NCBI GenBank assembly: GCA_943704425.1
Contig: CALSCP010002792.1
Location: 53,627-117,626, forward strand
DNA: 64,000 nucleotides
Direction of reading: 5' to 3'
DNA from: Ministeria vibrans ATCC 50519
Taxonomy: Eukaryota; Protista; Filasterea
In this document: positions 1 through 12,390 of the stretch, piece after piece
How positions within the stretch are numbered: the stretch's first letter is position 1
Layout: every line of letters begins with the position of its first letter
The notes under the pieces: model-generated
What the model was told of the DNA's origin: nothing
The model's database searches: none
The model's input: the letters and a program-made list of their open reading frames with translations, nothing else
Program-made: the position numbers and the translations under genes

Positions 1-3000
1 AATGTTGAGCTCGCCGTCGTTCACAAGAATGTACTCGGCGTCAAGCGTCACGTCCTTGCGAGCAAACTCGAGCACGCCGTCGATGAGAAGAAATCCCAGC
101 TTTGGTGTGTTGACATCAAGCATGACAGTGTGACCGGCAGGAATGACAACGCTCTCGCCGGCCGCAGGCGGGTTCTCGCCACCCCAGGTGTACTTGCTGG
201 ACCACAAATCGATGTAAGTGAATGAGGTGTGGTTGCCTACAGTCGACGCGCCCTGACCGGCAATGTGGACGCGCACATGATCGACAAAGGTGGTCGTCGA
301 ATTGGCGGTGTGACAGGTGATGAGGTTGGCGGAGGCGGTCGCGACAACGCAGGCGCGCTCACCAATGGTGACGGTCGGCGTGCCATTTGCGTCGAATCCC
401 GAACCGGTAATGGTGACGAGAACATTGCCACCGGTGCCGCCGAGCGACGGCGAGATTGTGGAGACGGCGGGCGTAAGCGATGTGCTAAAGGTGAACGAGG
501 AGGCAAGGGTGGAGTCGAGGGAATCGTCTTCAAGTGCCACCTTGACGACACAGACAGTGTCACTGGCTGGCACCGCCTCGTTGGCGCCCGTGTAGGCACC
601 GACACGACATGTGATGGACGAATCCGATGAGGCCGACACAACGCACGGTACGGAACAGACAGTGACCACGGAGTTGGCGTGGAATCCCGCGCCGCTCAGT
701 GTCAGATCGATGCCACCACCGTAGCTCGAGGTGACAGGACTCACCGTCGAGAGGCTCAACGGCACGTTGACTGCAGCCGGCGTGACGCTAGCATAGCCGG
801 CGGGTGCGGCGTGGACCTCGAGAGTGTACGAGCCGGCGGGTAGAGCGTCAGGCAGGGTACACACGACCGAAGAGGCGTTTGCAAGGGTTACGGTGCACAC
901 AAAGGCAGCGTCCTCCACGTCAATCAGCGTCACCTTGGTGCTGACGGTCGTGCCCAAGAGAGTTCCGCCAAGCGTGAGCTGTTCGCCGCCATTGGGTGAC
1001 GAAGACGACGTCGAAGTGACGGTGGGCGTCGAGGCGCTTGCCTGTTGAAACGTGCCCGACGAGGTGCTCCAGGTGACGCCCGAGTCGATGGAGACGGAGA
1101 CGGCGCTGGCCGAAGCCATGTCTGAGCCGGCATCGGTGGTGCACACAACGGTGTTCGAGTTGGCAAGCGAGTCGACGACACACTCCGCATCGTTGCCCAG
1201 CTTGACGCGGACCATATCCTCGTCGGTTGGCAGACCATGACCCGAAATGGTGAGAGAAGTGCCGCCGAGTGTTGAGCCGCTTGAGGGTGCGACAGCACCA
1301 AGTTCAAGGCGATGCGTGATCAGGGCCGATGTGTTGCTGCCGCTGAACTGGGCGACACCAGCGTTTGCAACGACAACCGAGACGGAACGTACGTTGGCGG
1401 GCGCCTCCGAAACGGTACAGGTGATCTGAGTGGCACTCTCGGTGACCACGGTACAGGGATACTCACCAATAGTGCCGATGTACACAGCAAGGACCGAAGG
1501 CGCGAACCCCGTGCCATTGATGGTGATGGTATCGCCCGCGACAACGGTCGGCGACGAGGCAGTGGCGCTCGCGACCCACGGGGTGAGCGCCTGATCGTAC
1601 TCAAAGGTACACTCGGACGCAGCCACACAGGCAGCGTGTGCGGTGCTTGCGACGCCACCGACAGCGATGGTCACGAGCTGAGCCTGGCTCGAACCCAACT
1701 GGTGGTGAAGTGCGACCGTTTCGGCGGCGAGGGGCGCGCCGAAGATGGATACTTCGTCGATGGAGACGGGACTTGAGCCGGCGCCAATAATCAGCTTCTC
1801 GTTGGTGTTGGCGGCGAGGGACTCGTCAACGGCAAGCGTGTACGACGCCACCAAAGCACCGTCGACAAACAGCGAAAGGGTGGTCGAAGAGGCGTCCATG
1901 GTCGTCTCAATGTTGGCGACCAGATGGTGCCAGGCACCGCCGACACTGACGACGGGACCCACGAGGACAGCGTAGTGACCGGACGCAAAGACGTTAGTGG
2001 CGTTCCAGGGTGACGTCTGCGACTTCACCAAGCGATGGTTGTTGATGCACGAGTCACACGCGTTAGGCGCACAGACGCTCGCGTTATGACCCGGCCACGA
2101 GACGCCCACCCAAAATTCGATGTGGCCGCACGAGTTGAGCACGAGCGCGTAGCCAATGCCCGAAACGAGAAGCTGCTCGAAGTCACCGGTGGGGTTGGCG
2201 GCGTCGTGACCACGCATCCACAACTCGACAGCCATGGAGGCGGCGTTGAGCGCGGGCACATAGGGCACACTGACTGTAGCAGTGGTGGCATTGAGAGCGA
2301 CGTTGTCGTCGACAGTAGCGTGAATACCGGTGGCCGTGCGGTAGGCACTCGGTCCCGAGTCGACGTACACACCAGTGGTAGAGATGTCGAGCGAGCCGGT
2401 GCTGACAACGGTCGACTCAACGACAGCATCGTCGAGCGACCACTGAGCAAGGGGGGCTGCTTGACGCACGGCGGCTGCGTAGCCATCGCTCGCCGTGTTG
2501 CTGGTGCGACAGGTGAGCTGCGACGAGCTGGCGACACTCGAGACGACACAAGGGCGACCACCAATGGAGACGAGGTTATTCGAGGGAGTGACCGAGTCAA
2601 AACCCGAGCCGGACACGACAATGGGGAGGCCACCGGAGGTGGCGCCGCTCGCAGGCGACATGCCGGTGACGGCCGGTGTGTGGACAAAGAGCACGTGGTT
2701 GGAGACGCCAGCGCCGTTCGCCGCATGTGCGACAAGCGGCACGAGCGATCCAACGGGTGTCTCTGTGTGCAGAGTACAGTTGACCTCGTTGTCGGCAATC
2801 TGACCGACAACCACGGTGCATGCCTGGGCAGCGAAGACGACGGAAAGATCCGCGGCAACCGAGCCAAAATTGCTACCACGAAGGGTCACGGCAGTGCTAA
2901 GAGGGCTCATGTGGGGCACAATGGCGCTAACATGGGGTGTGGCGCTACCCTCAAAGGAAAACGTAAGCGCTGAGGTGTCGACGACAACATCCTTGATGGT

Positions 3001-6000
3001 GACAATAGGCTTTGCAGAGAGGACGCTCGCGGCGAGCGAGCGCACGGTGATCGTACCGCGCATGTCGACCTCGCCGTGGGTGTTGGACACGTAGTAGTGA
3101 GTGCCGGGCTGTGAGAAGGCGCGTGAGTACGAGCCAATGCGCGATGCGGCACCGCTGATAAAGCCACCCTCGAGAGGTTCGGTGTCTGAGTCGCTGGCGA
3201 CCTCGACGACCGAGTGGAATGCGCCCAGAAAGACGTCGCCAACCCACGACCATGCAACCGAATCACCCACGTTAATGGTGAGGTCGCGCGGCGACCAGGC
3301 GTACCCGAGTCCCAAAGCGGCATTGGCCTCGGCCGTGTTGTTCACCTTGTGTGTGCTGCTTGCCGACGCGGTGACACACGTGATGGTCTCAGCAGACGTG
3401 TCAACCTGCGACACGACACAGTCGGTGTCGTCGGCGAGTGTGACACTGACATCACCCGCAACAGTGGTGGTGCCGGCGAGGCCGCTGAGGGAGAAGGTGA
3501 GAGTCTGGGCACCGCGGAGCGAGCCAGTGGTTGGGCTCAAGGTGGAGGCAACCAGAGCGTAGGCGAAGTCGGCGGCATTAGCGTTGACAGGAGTGGATGC
3601 ACCGGCCGAGGGGACGTGCACCGTGACGACATGTGTGCCGTCGATGTGTGCCGACGTAACACACTCGATGTTCGAATCGTTCACCGATGCGACGTTGACG
3701 ACACAGTTGGCGCTGTCAATGGCCACGGATATTTCGTTTGCACTCGTGTCGCCCACGAGGAAGTTTGCCCCAGTCAGTGTGATGGTAGTGCCACCAAGTC
3801 CGCTCCCGCTGTTGGGCGACACCGAAGAGACGGAAGGCGTGGCGGCGGCACTGTAGGTGAACGCGGAGACACTCGTGGCAGTCGGTGTGGTGCTGGAGCC
3901 AGTGGCGCTGACGGTGACGGCGACTGTGGCGGCGCCCGCGGTGGACGACGCAGGAAGCGTGCAATCAATGTGCGTCTCGTTACTGCTCACAATAGTACAG
4001 GCCTGGGCGGTCCCCGCATTTCCATTGGGGTACACGGTGACGGCGAGCTGATCGGCGACGGCCCCAAAGCCAGTACCAACCACGGTGATGGGTGTGGCAC
4101 CACCGAGCGAGGCGGTAGCATCCACACGCGGCAAGGCAACGCTGGTGATAGTGACACCAACAACGACGGTGGGGGTGCCGGAGGCGAGACCATTTGGGGA
4201 GACTGTAGCGGCGAGTGTGAAGGTGCCAGCGGGCTGGTCGAGCGCGAGCGAACAAACAATGGTCGAGCTGGTCGAGTCGGTGACGGTACAGAAGTTGTCG
4301 GTACCGACCTTGACGGTGACGTCGCTGCTGGACGCCGCGGCAATGTTGGAGCCGCTGAGAGTAATGGTGGAGCCGGGTGCAACGGGGTCGGTGGGTGCCA
4401 CAGTGGAGACAGTGGGAGCGGCGGCGGCGCTATACAGAAATGTGCAGTTGTCGGGGTTGGGACAAGAGGACGGAACGCCGTCGACGAAGGCACGCACAAA
4501 GCCCGACGAGACCACGGTTGGAACGCTGAGCCAGTCACCCGGGATGGGCGCGACCAGGAGACCACCAATGACGGTGCGCTCGATGGTCACGGCTGCGTTG
4601 ACGCCAGCAAGCGAGGTGTGCGTGAGGTTAAAGAGTGGCTGAGTACCACCGAGAGCGTCGAAGCGCACGTCCCAGGCGACGCCAAGGCACTTGTCGGAGG
4701 GCGAGGTGGATGCCTCGGTGACGGTGATATTTGCGCCGTACACGCGAGCGGCTTCGAGAGCGTTGGTGACCTCATCCGTAGTCATGTTTGCAAACAAGTT
4801 GGTGGTGACGCCGCTGCGAGAGAGACGGAACGAGCCGGCGAGGGGTTCGGGGAGCTCGTTGATACTGGCAACAACGACGGACACATTGAGAGCGTTGGAG
4901 GAGACCTCAAGGTCCGAGGGGTCCGCAACGACCAGGGGAAGATCGGAGGCGCACTGGTTGGGCAAGGGTGTGAAGGCAAGGGTCCACGAGCCGAAAGTAT
5001 CCGAGGTGACGGCGACATCGGCAATGGCAATGTTGTTTGGGGTGGCGGCGGTCTCGTCGCGCACGACAGTGCGTGCCTTGGACGCGATGGAAAATTCGTC
5101 GATGTAGAATTCGCCGCCCTCGAACGAGTTTGAGCTGATGGGGCGGTACCAAATGAGAGCGGTGATGCGACGATCGGGATCGTAGCCCATCGAGTCTTGT
5201 AGCTGGTTGTTGATGTTGATACAAGTGTAGTGCCAGTCGTCGTCGCGCGTGACAGTGTGTCCGACCGTGTTGAACGACGCCACCTTGGCGTAGTTGTGCG
5301 ACGGCTCCGCCGTGACCTCGACCGATTTCCAGTTGTGGCCGCTCACATCGTCAACCTTGATGAGCATAGTGACGCGCGAGGCCGGAGGAATGCGGTAGGC
5401 AGTACAGATGAAAGGGTGCGACTTGACCTTGAAGCCAGTGGAGCCCTGGCCACTCTCGGCGTTGGACGAGTCCTCAAAGTTGCGACCGTACGAGTTTGAC
5501 ATGTAAAGCGACTTGGCGCCACAAAAGGACGTTGTCTCGACAATTTCCGGCGTGACACTATCGCGCTTGCCCCACAAGTCGTCGACTGTCTCGAAGGTGT
5601 CGACGTCAAAGGATTCGCCTCCATTTGTATTGACGGTGCACTTGTTGCGGCTGAGGTTGAGGACGGCGTCGTGCACCTCTGCGGTGGTTGCGTTGACGTC
5701 GAGCGGAGCGGTGGTGCGGTTGCCAAAGCTGAGGGTGAACGAGCCGGTGGTCTCCTCGAAGTTTTCAATGGTGACCGACTGACGAGCAGGAAAGATTTCG
5801 GTGCTGATGCTGATGCGCTGGACCTCTTGGATGGCGCGATGAGTCTGGTTGCGCGTGTAGGCGCTCTCGTGGAAGAAAGCGCCGACATTGAGAAATTCCT
5901 CGCCATTGTTCTCCTTGAGGAGCACCTCAACCAGGTAGTGGGTGCCAGCGACCAACTGGAGCGGGCTGCTCTGTTGCCCCGTAAGTTGGTCGAAGCGGAC

Positions 6001-6585
6001 GAAGGAACTGACTGCCTTGGAGACGTAGGCAATTTTGGTGAGGCCCGCAGCGGTGGCGTCGGTGCTGAGGAATAGCTCGCTGTCGTCGTCCGACGCGACC
6101 ATGAGGGTGTAGGTGCCGGAGAAGGGGACGCGCAGGAGCGAACGGTAGCGCACGCCAAACTCGTTCATGTTCGTGGCCGGGTGATATGCGAGTTCGTCGA
6201 CGATAATGGATGAGTCGGGGCTGTTGGGGTAGCGAGCGTCGGCGGTGAGCGACGACACATCGGCGCCAGCAATAGAACCCCAAAAATCACGAAGGGCGCC
6301 ACGCGAGCCAGGCACAACCGAGTCGACGCTGGCAGGGGCAGAGCCGCGAGAGCCGGTGATGCAGGTGGCGCGTGTGCCGTTGTGTGAAACGGACACAATG
6401 GTACAGGCAATGTCGGTGGAGGCACTGACGGAAATGGCAATGGAGACACGCGACGCGTCAAAGCCGAATCCCTGGCCAAAGAGTGTCAGGGTGGTGCCGC
6501 CGACAAGTGAGCCAGCGGCGGGCGAGATGCGGTCAATGACGGGGTACACTTGATGGTTGTACAGGCGCCCGTCACGAGACACGAG
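1..6585 (-). CDS. Fibrocystin-L (PKHD1L1)-like protein, one giant internal exon (2195 codons); 5' exons absent, 3' end beyond window
   Basis: Minus frame appears open from a splice acceptor (taacag|CTC at 6585) to base 1; it is missing from the ORF track because there is no stop in the window. Repeated IPT/TIG units (e.g. VIDRISPAAGSLVGGTTLTLFGQGF), PA14-like segment ~6000-6300, cupredoxin-like FTHAFSQPGTHYYVS ~3100, LamG-like WHHLVA...LSLFVDG ~1850-2250, G8 start FTYIDLWSSKYTWGGENPPAAGESVVIPAGHTVMLD at the window edge. Confidence 0.9.
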
Positions 6586-6711
6586 CTGTTAAGACAGGGA
6601 AGAAGAGATCAGGGAGGTGATTGCGACGGGTTGTGTTGTGTTGTGTTTTTTTTTTTTTTTTTTTTTCTTTTTTTTTTTTTTTCTCTCTCCTCTTTCCACT
6701 TTCCTTTTCAG

Positions 6712-7717
6712 CTCACTGGCGAAGAGTACACCATCAAGACGTACGGCCGTGGCATCGACGATGTGTATCGGATGGCGTTGAGATATTTCCAGAACGGTAC
6801 GTGTGCTGGGTCGTCGCGTGGAGCGAGAGGCAGGCGAGCAGACGCCGACACGGCAGTGCGGCTGTGTCGGTGCAGCGCGCGTCGCGTTGGATGTGCTGCC
6901 GTGGCACTCCACGCCCACCCCCTGCCCCGCTCTCTCTCTCTTCCTTGCATCCGCCTACACCCCGTCTACCCTACTCGATGGATCCTTTGCGAATCCGTTG
7001 CGCTCCATCTCTCGTTTGTTTGTGCAATGATTCCCTTTCTCGTCGTGTCTCCTCTTTTTTTTCTTCTTCTTTCTCTCCCTCCTCTCGTCGTTTCTGTCTG
7101 CTCTGCTGGTGCCTTTTTGCATTGAAAGCAGCGTGCACTCCACCATCCTACTAAACTGATGCTGGGCTCTTCACGGGGCGTGCGTAGAGGAGGGCAAAAT
7201 CAAGCTGCACTACGATCACAAATCACGCCTGTACGCCTTCCGCAAGCAAATTCGAGTTGGGCCGTACAGCGAGGAGAAGATGCCCGAGCTGGGCTTCTTT
7301 GACTTTGTTGGTCGTGATCGAAGGTGAGAAAGAGAGAGTGGACGGGGGAGCGAGGAGAAAAAGCACAGTGCCACATTGGGTTTGTGCGTGTCCATGAGTG
7401 TTTGTTCCTGCATAATGATTTACCGTTGGCTGCCCGTTTTATTAGGAACGCATGGCAACAATTGGGAAGCATGAGTAAGGAGGAAGCCATGACATGTTTC
7501 ATACAGTTGCTGGAGGAACTGGTTCCCGAATGGGTGGCCTGGGCACACGACGAGATCAAGGCGATTGAGGAAGCGGAGCGACTTGAGGCGGAGCTCAAGG
7601 CTCGCGAAGAACGACGAAGGCGAGAGGTCGCCGAGAGAGAAGAACGACGTCGCGCCGAAATGGCTGCAGCAGCAGCGGCCGCAGCAGCATCAGTAGCGTC
7701 GCCACAACAGAGACAAG

Positions 7718-7752
<35 letters not shown>

Positions 7753-8335
7753 AAACAGCAACAACAAGAGGCGTCGTCGACTGCCTCAAGTTCGGCACAA
7801 CCACAGGGAATTGTACCTCTGGAGTCGCACAAGGGCAGTGAGGGCGGCGAGGCACGCGTCGCTGGCTTCATTACGGCTGCAGCGGCAGACGAAGACGCGC
7901 ACCTGGTCATTGGTAACACACTCGATATGCCCCCAACCCTTCAAATTTTCTCATCTTACATAATTCCTGTCTGTTTTGGGGTGCGTAGGTCGAGGAGAAA
8001 CGGTGACAGTGCGGTGTCCGGCAACGACACCAGGCAACCTGACCACATGGGAGTTTGCAACGGAAGCATACGACATTGGGTTTGGGGTTGCGTTTGAGTT
8101 CAGTCGCAAGACGACGGCGGACACGAGCGAGGAAGGGCCCTCGGAGACCATTGTCGAGACCATCCTGCCTCTCAACCGCTGTGATAGCTACAGTGACGTC
8201 ATGCGCGGTGGCCATGTGTGTGCCCAGTCGGGTGTCTACCTCCTCAAGTTTGACAACAGCTTTTCTCTTCTCCGCTCCAAGAACCTTTACTACCATGTCT
8301 ACTCTCGCTCTTTCCCTCAATCCCAAAAGCAATGA
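6712..8335 (+). CDS. ACBD3: ACBD3/GCP60-like Golgi protein (ACB domain, coiled coil/polyQ, GOLD domain); first exon not found
   Basis: Exons ~6712-6796, 7188-7323, ~7446-7911, ~7989-8335. [37 protein letters not shown] (ACB); WEFATEAYDIGFGVAFEF and GVYLLKFDNSFSLLRSKNLYYHV (GOLD). Confidence 0.9.
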
Positions 8336-8461
8336 ATAATCCCTCAAACAATGAATCATCCCTCAAACAATGAATTATCCATCAAACAACGAATCATCGT
8401 GTGGTCCTCTTACTCAGTTACAATCTTATTGTATTATTTTGTTGTTGTTGGGCACTGCCCA

Positions 8462-9710
8462 TCACTCTTTGTTCTTCTTCTGCTTCCGTTTGGCCTTTTC
8501 CTCTTTGCGTGCGCGTTTTGCTTCGCGTCGCTCTTCCTCCTCTCTCTCCTCTGCATTCCGCTTTTGCCCGTCTTCGTCGCGCTGTCTCTTCTTACTGCGC
8601 TTCTTCTCCTTCTTCTTTCGCGCCTCCTCTGCCGCTTCTTCTGCTTCCTCTTCTTCTTCCTTTTGTTTGCGCTCCTTGCGCTCTCGCTTCTTCTGTTCCT
8701 TCTTCAGTTTCTTAGCCGGCATGCTGTCGGCGTCTTCCGTCACAACAGGTCGCTCAACGACCGTCTGCTCCTGCGCAATCGTGAAACCCAGTCCCATGGG
8801 CCGTCTTTCATCCTCATCGTCGTCCTCCTTCTCCTCTTGCTCCTCCTCGTCGTCGTCATCATCACTTGCATCGCGCGACGTGCCCACGGACATGGAAACA
8901 CCGCGTTTGCGCGACGCAAGGTACGCCTCCATGCTGGTGGCGCTTGTGGTAAATTCATACTCTTGGATAACTCCCTTGGTGGGAGTCGCAGTCGTCGACT
9001 TGGATGATCCTTCCTCGGCATCGTCATCACTTGCCGCAGCACTTTGAGTGGCACTCGTCGGTGTGCTCTCGACACGCTGACCAAGAATCATCGCCATGTC
9101 ACGTTCGCTAAGGATGGGAGATCAGTCTGTTGGAGCTTTTCTGGCGAGCTCGTCAGGCTCAACCTTACCTGTACTTTGCCGCATCCTTGTTCGCCACAAA
9201 GCGACGGTAGAAGAGACGCTTAGTGCTGGCTGCGCAGTCTTGCAAGTAGGTCGTGTTGCTCTCCGTTTTCGCATCGACATCCTTGGCGGTGTCCTCGCTA
9301 ATGCGCGACAGCAGACTGCTGTACGCATCCTGAACCTGAAGCCAGTTGTCGTCCACACGCTGTGTCACCCCCAAACCACGGTTGTCCACGTTCTTTTTCA
9401 CCTGAACAACAGCAAAATGTGAGACATTAAAAAAAAAAAAAGTCATAAAAAAAAGGCGGATGCGCAAGTGACTGTGAGCGAAACGCTCGTGGACAAACAG
9501 GCATCTGCGCGACAGCTACACTCCTACCTTGACGTGTTCAAGCGTTCCCTTGCCTTCGCGGCCCAGCCCGGCGCCCTCCTTCCAGCCCATGCCGGCCAGC
9601 AGCTTGTGCCCGTACTTGCTCGTGTCCCGGCTCCACTCGGTGTTGTTGGGGTCGCCCGCCCACTTGGCCTTGCGTCGCCCTCGAGGATTCACCGAACTGA
9701 CCACCTCCAT
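8462..9710 (-). CDS. PINX1: PinX1/Pxr1-like G-patch protein with KKE-rich tail
   Basis: DPNNTEWSRDTSKYGHKLLAGMGWKEGAGLGREGKG G-patch; later RLFYRRFVANKD motif; charged C-terminus; 3 exons. Confidence 0.85.
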
Positions 9711-9906
9711 TGCAACAGAAAAGAAAGAGAATTAGAGAAAATGTGTGTGTTAAAACAGTTAAATGAAAATTGGAAAAAACGAAAAAGAAGGGTAACTAAG
9801 TTTTCAAATTTCACCTTTTTTTTGTCTCTCACATCGTACACTCTCAAGCATCACCAACTACCAGATTCATACTCAATCATTAAGCATAGCAGCAAGTGGT
9901 GTGGAG

Positions 9907-12317
9907 ATGGCCGATGATCAATTACAATCGTAAGTACAAGGGTGATTGCTCTCATCGCCCCTGACAACCAAAGGGACGTCGCCGTTGCTTTGTTCTCCCT
10001 AGCATGATTGCCTTGACGCAAGAGACGCTCGGCGCCATCATATCGAAACCTCCTTTGACAGCGCGGCTCTTAAAACAGCCTCCATTCCGTTACCTTCATG
10101 ATATCACAACAGAGGTGCCTCTTTCATTTCGTATTCTTTCTTTTTGAACTTTTTTTTTTGTTTCGCTCTGTTGTAGCTCATTCGAAGCACCGGGACCTTT
10201 GATGGTCTGTACACTGCCGAGGAGGTATGCAATACATGTCTGTCAGCGTGGCTGACTGTCGCTGGCTCGTGCGTAGATGATGTCAGAGAATGTCCAAGAC
10301 AAAGCGAGCAAGCTGGCGTTCCTTCAGAAGCTGATTGACGCTGTGAGCATTGCCGTTGGCCAACAATGCCCCGCTCGGGCGCTCAAGATTGCCGCTGGAC
10401 ACGAACCGGAGAACACCAACACACTGCTGCACATGCTTGCGCAAGTGGTTCACGAAAAATGCGACCATCGTGACGCGACACGCAGAGTGCTCGAGGGCGA
10501 AAAATTTGCGGACACTTCCAGCCAAGTTAAGAAGGAGAAGGCACCCAAAGAGAAGGACAAAGAGTCAAGGTCATCGTCAAAGAGCGAAAAAACGGAAAAG
10601 AGCAGCAAGAGCAAGTCGAGCAAGGATAAGGAGGGCTCCCGAGACAAGGCGAAGAGTAGCTCGGAATCCAAGAGCTCCTCCTCAAGTTCGAAAGAAGCAA
10701 AGAAATCGTCGTCGTCTGCAACCACAAAAACAACAACACCACCTGATGCAACAGCATCATCCATTGCCACCGCCACTACCACCAAAAAAACATCGACATC
10801 ATCCAAGGGTCATGCGAGTGCCACTAGTGTAACGTCGCCTTCGTCATCACGGAAAATATCCGACTCGTCGAAAACGTCAAAGCCACCATCGGGGGCAACA
10901 GCAGGGACAGCTGCTTCGTCGTCGTCAAGCAAGAAGAGGGACAAGGAAAAGGGAGAGAAGAAACGAGAGTCGAAGACCGAGAAGAGAGACAAGTCAAAGA
11001 CAAGTCGGCGGAGTCACGCGCAAGACACAGCAGCGGTGGAGACGCACAAGCATCGCGGTCACGTCATTGACACTAGCGACGACGACGATGGTGGACGTGA
11101 CCAAGGCGCAAGCACGGTTGTGCGGCCCATGTCGGCCGCGGGACACCATCGAGGGAGCGAGGGGATGCCTCGACGGCACTTTGAGGAGAGCGACGACGAC
11201 AACGATGCGGATGCAGACCGAGCTGTCGCTGCGGGTGCCGGTGTCGATGACTTTCATGGGGGTCTTCCTGGAGGGGTTCCGCAGGGGCGGGCAAGTACAG
11301 CTCGCAAACGGCCGCCCAAGACGATCCGGTCGACAGGCGATGAGACAAGCGCAACGAGCAGTGTGGTTCAGGTGGAGAAACGAGTGGGGGGGATTCTGGG
11401 GGATGGGGCAGGGGATGGGGCACTCGCGTCAGACGTCGACGACGAGGATGACGAAGACAACGCGGTTGTAGACGAGAGCAAGCAGACTGCAGTAAAGGCT
11501 GGCCACGATAACGTTCATGCGAGCGATGAGGTATTGATTCCAAATAGGAAGAGAACACAAAAACAGCACAGTCACTAATCAGTTGTGTGCCTCTGTCTAG
11601 TATGAAGCGGGTGATGTGTTTCAAGGGGGACTGGTGCGCAAGCTGGAGGCGACGGCACAACAGTTGGGGGGACGCAGTGGTGGCAAGAAGGGCGACGACG
11701 ATGAAGGGCTTGGGAACAAAGAGCAGACCAAGAAGGAGGTGAGTGAAACATGACGTTTTTTTTTTGTTGTTGTTGTTGTTGTTGTTTTGACGATTGTTTT
11801 TTTACTAAAATAGGTGGAGAAGTTGAGGGGGATGGTACAGACACTGTGCCGAAGCGCAAATCCACTGGCAAAGGCAATGGATTATGTTCAGGAAGACATG
11901 GAAAGGTATTAGAGAGAGAGGAACGGACATTCGTCTCCAGGACGACACTGATTGTCAAATTAGGTCTTGTCTCAACAAATTTTTTCTCCCTCTGACTGTC
12001 TTGTTCGTGACTTTCTAGTATGCAACGAGAACTACGAATGTGGCAGGAAGAGAACAAAGCACACGAGAAGCGCCTCAAGGAAGAACGCTCGTACGAGACC
12101 CAATCAACAATCTCACATTCCTGCGTAACGCGCGTATCATTTGTGATTCTATTGTAGTGCCACCGACGCGTCGCTGGAGCCACTGCGGGCGCGAGTCGGG
12201 TATCTGGAGGCACAGGTAGAACAGGAGGCAGACAAGATTAACTCGCTCAAAACGGACATGGCCAAGAACGCACGAACCATCCAGCAGCTTCTGCAGAGTG
12301 TCATTGCTTCCCATTAA
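9907..12317 (+). CDS. TRAF3IP1: IFT54/TRAF3IP1 (MIP-T3)
   Basis: [20 protein letters not shown] and [12 protein letters not shown] (CH domain); C-terminal [21 protein letters not shown] coiled coil; multi-exon. Confidence 0.92.
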
Positions 12318-12390
12318 AAATGAACCATAATTATTATTATTATTATCATTATTATTATTATAGTTTTGTTGCTTAACATTTACTGTACAA

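Noticed and set aside
3214-5133. 639-aa plus-strand ORF and other plus ORFs over 229-6553
   Set aside because: Antisense shadows of the GC-rich fibrocystin-L exon; Gly/Arg-rich with no recognisable motifs.
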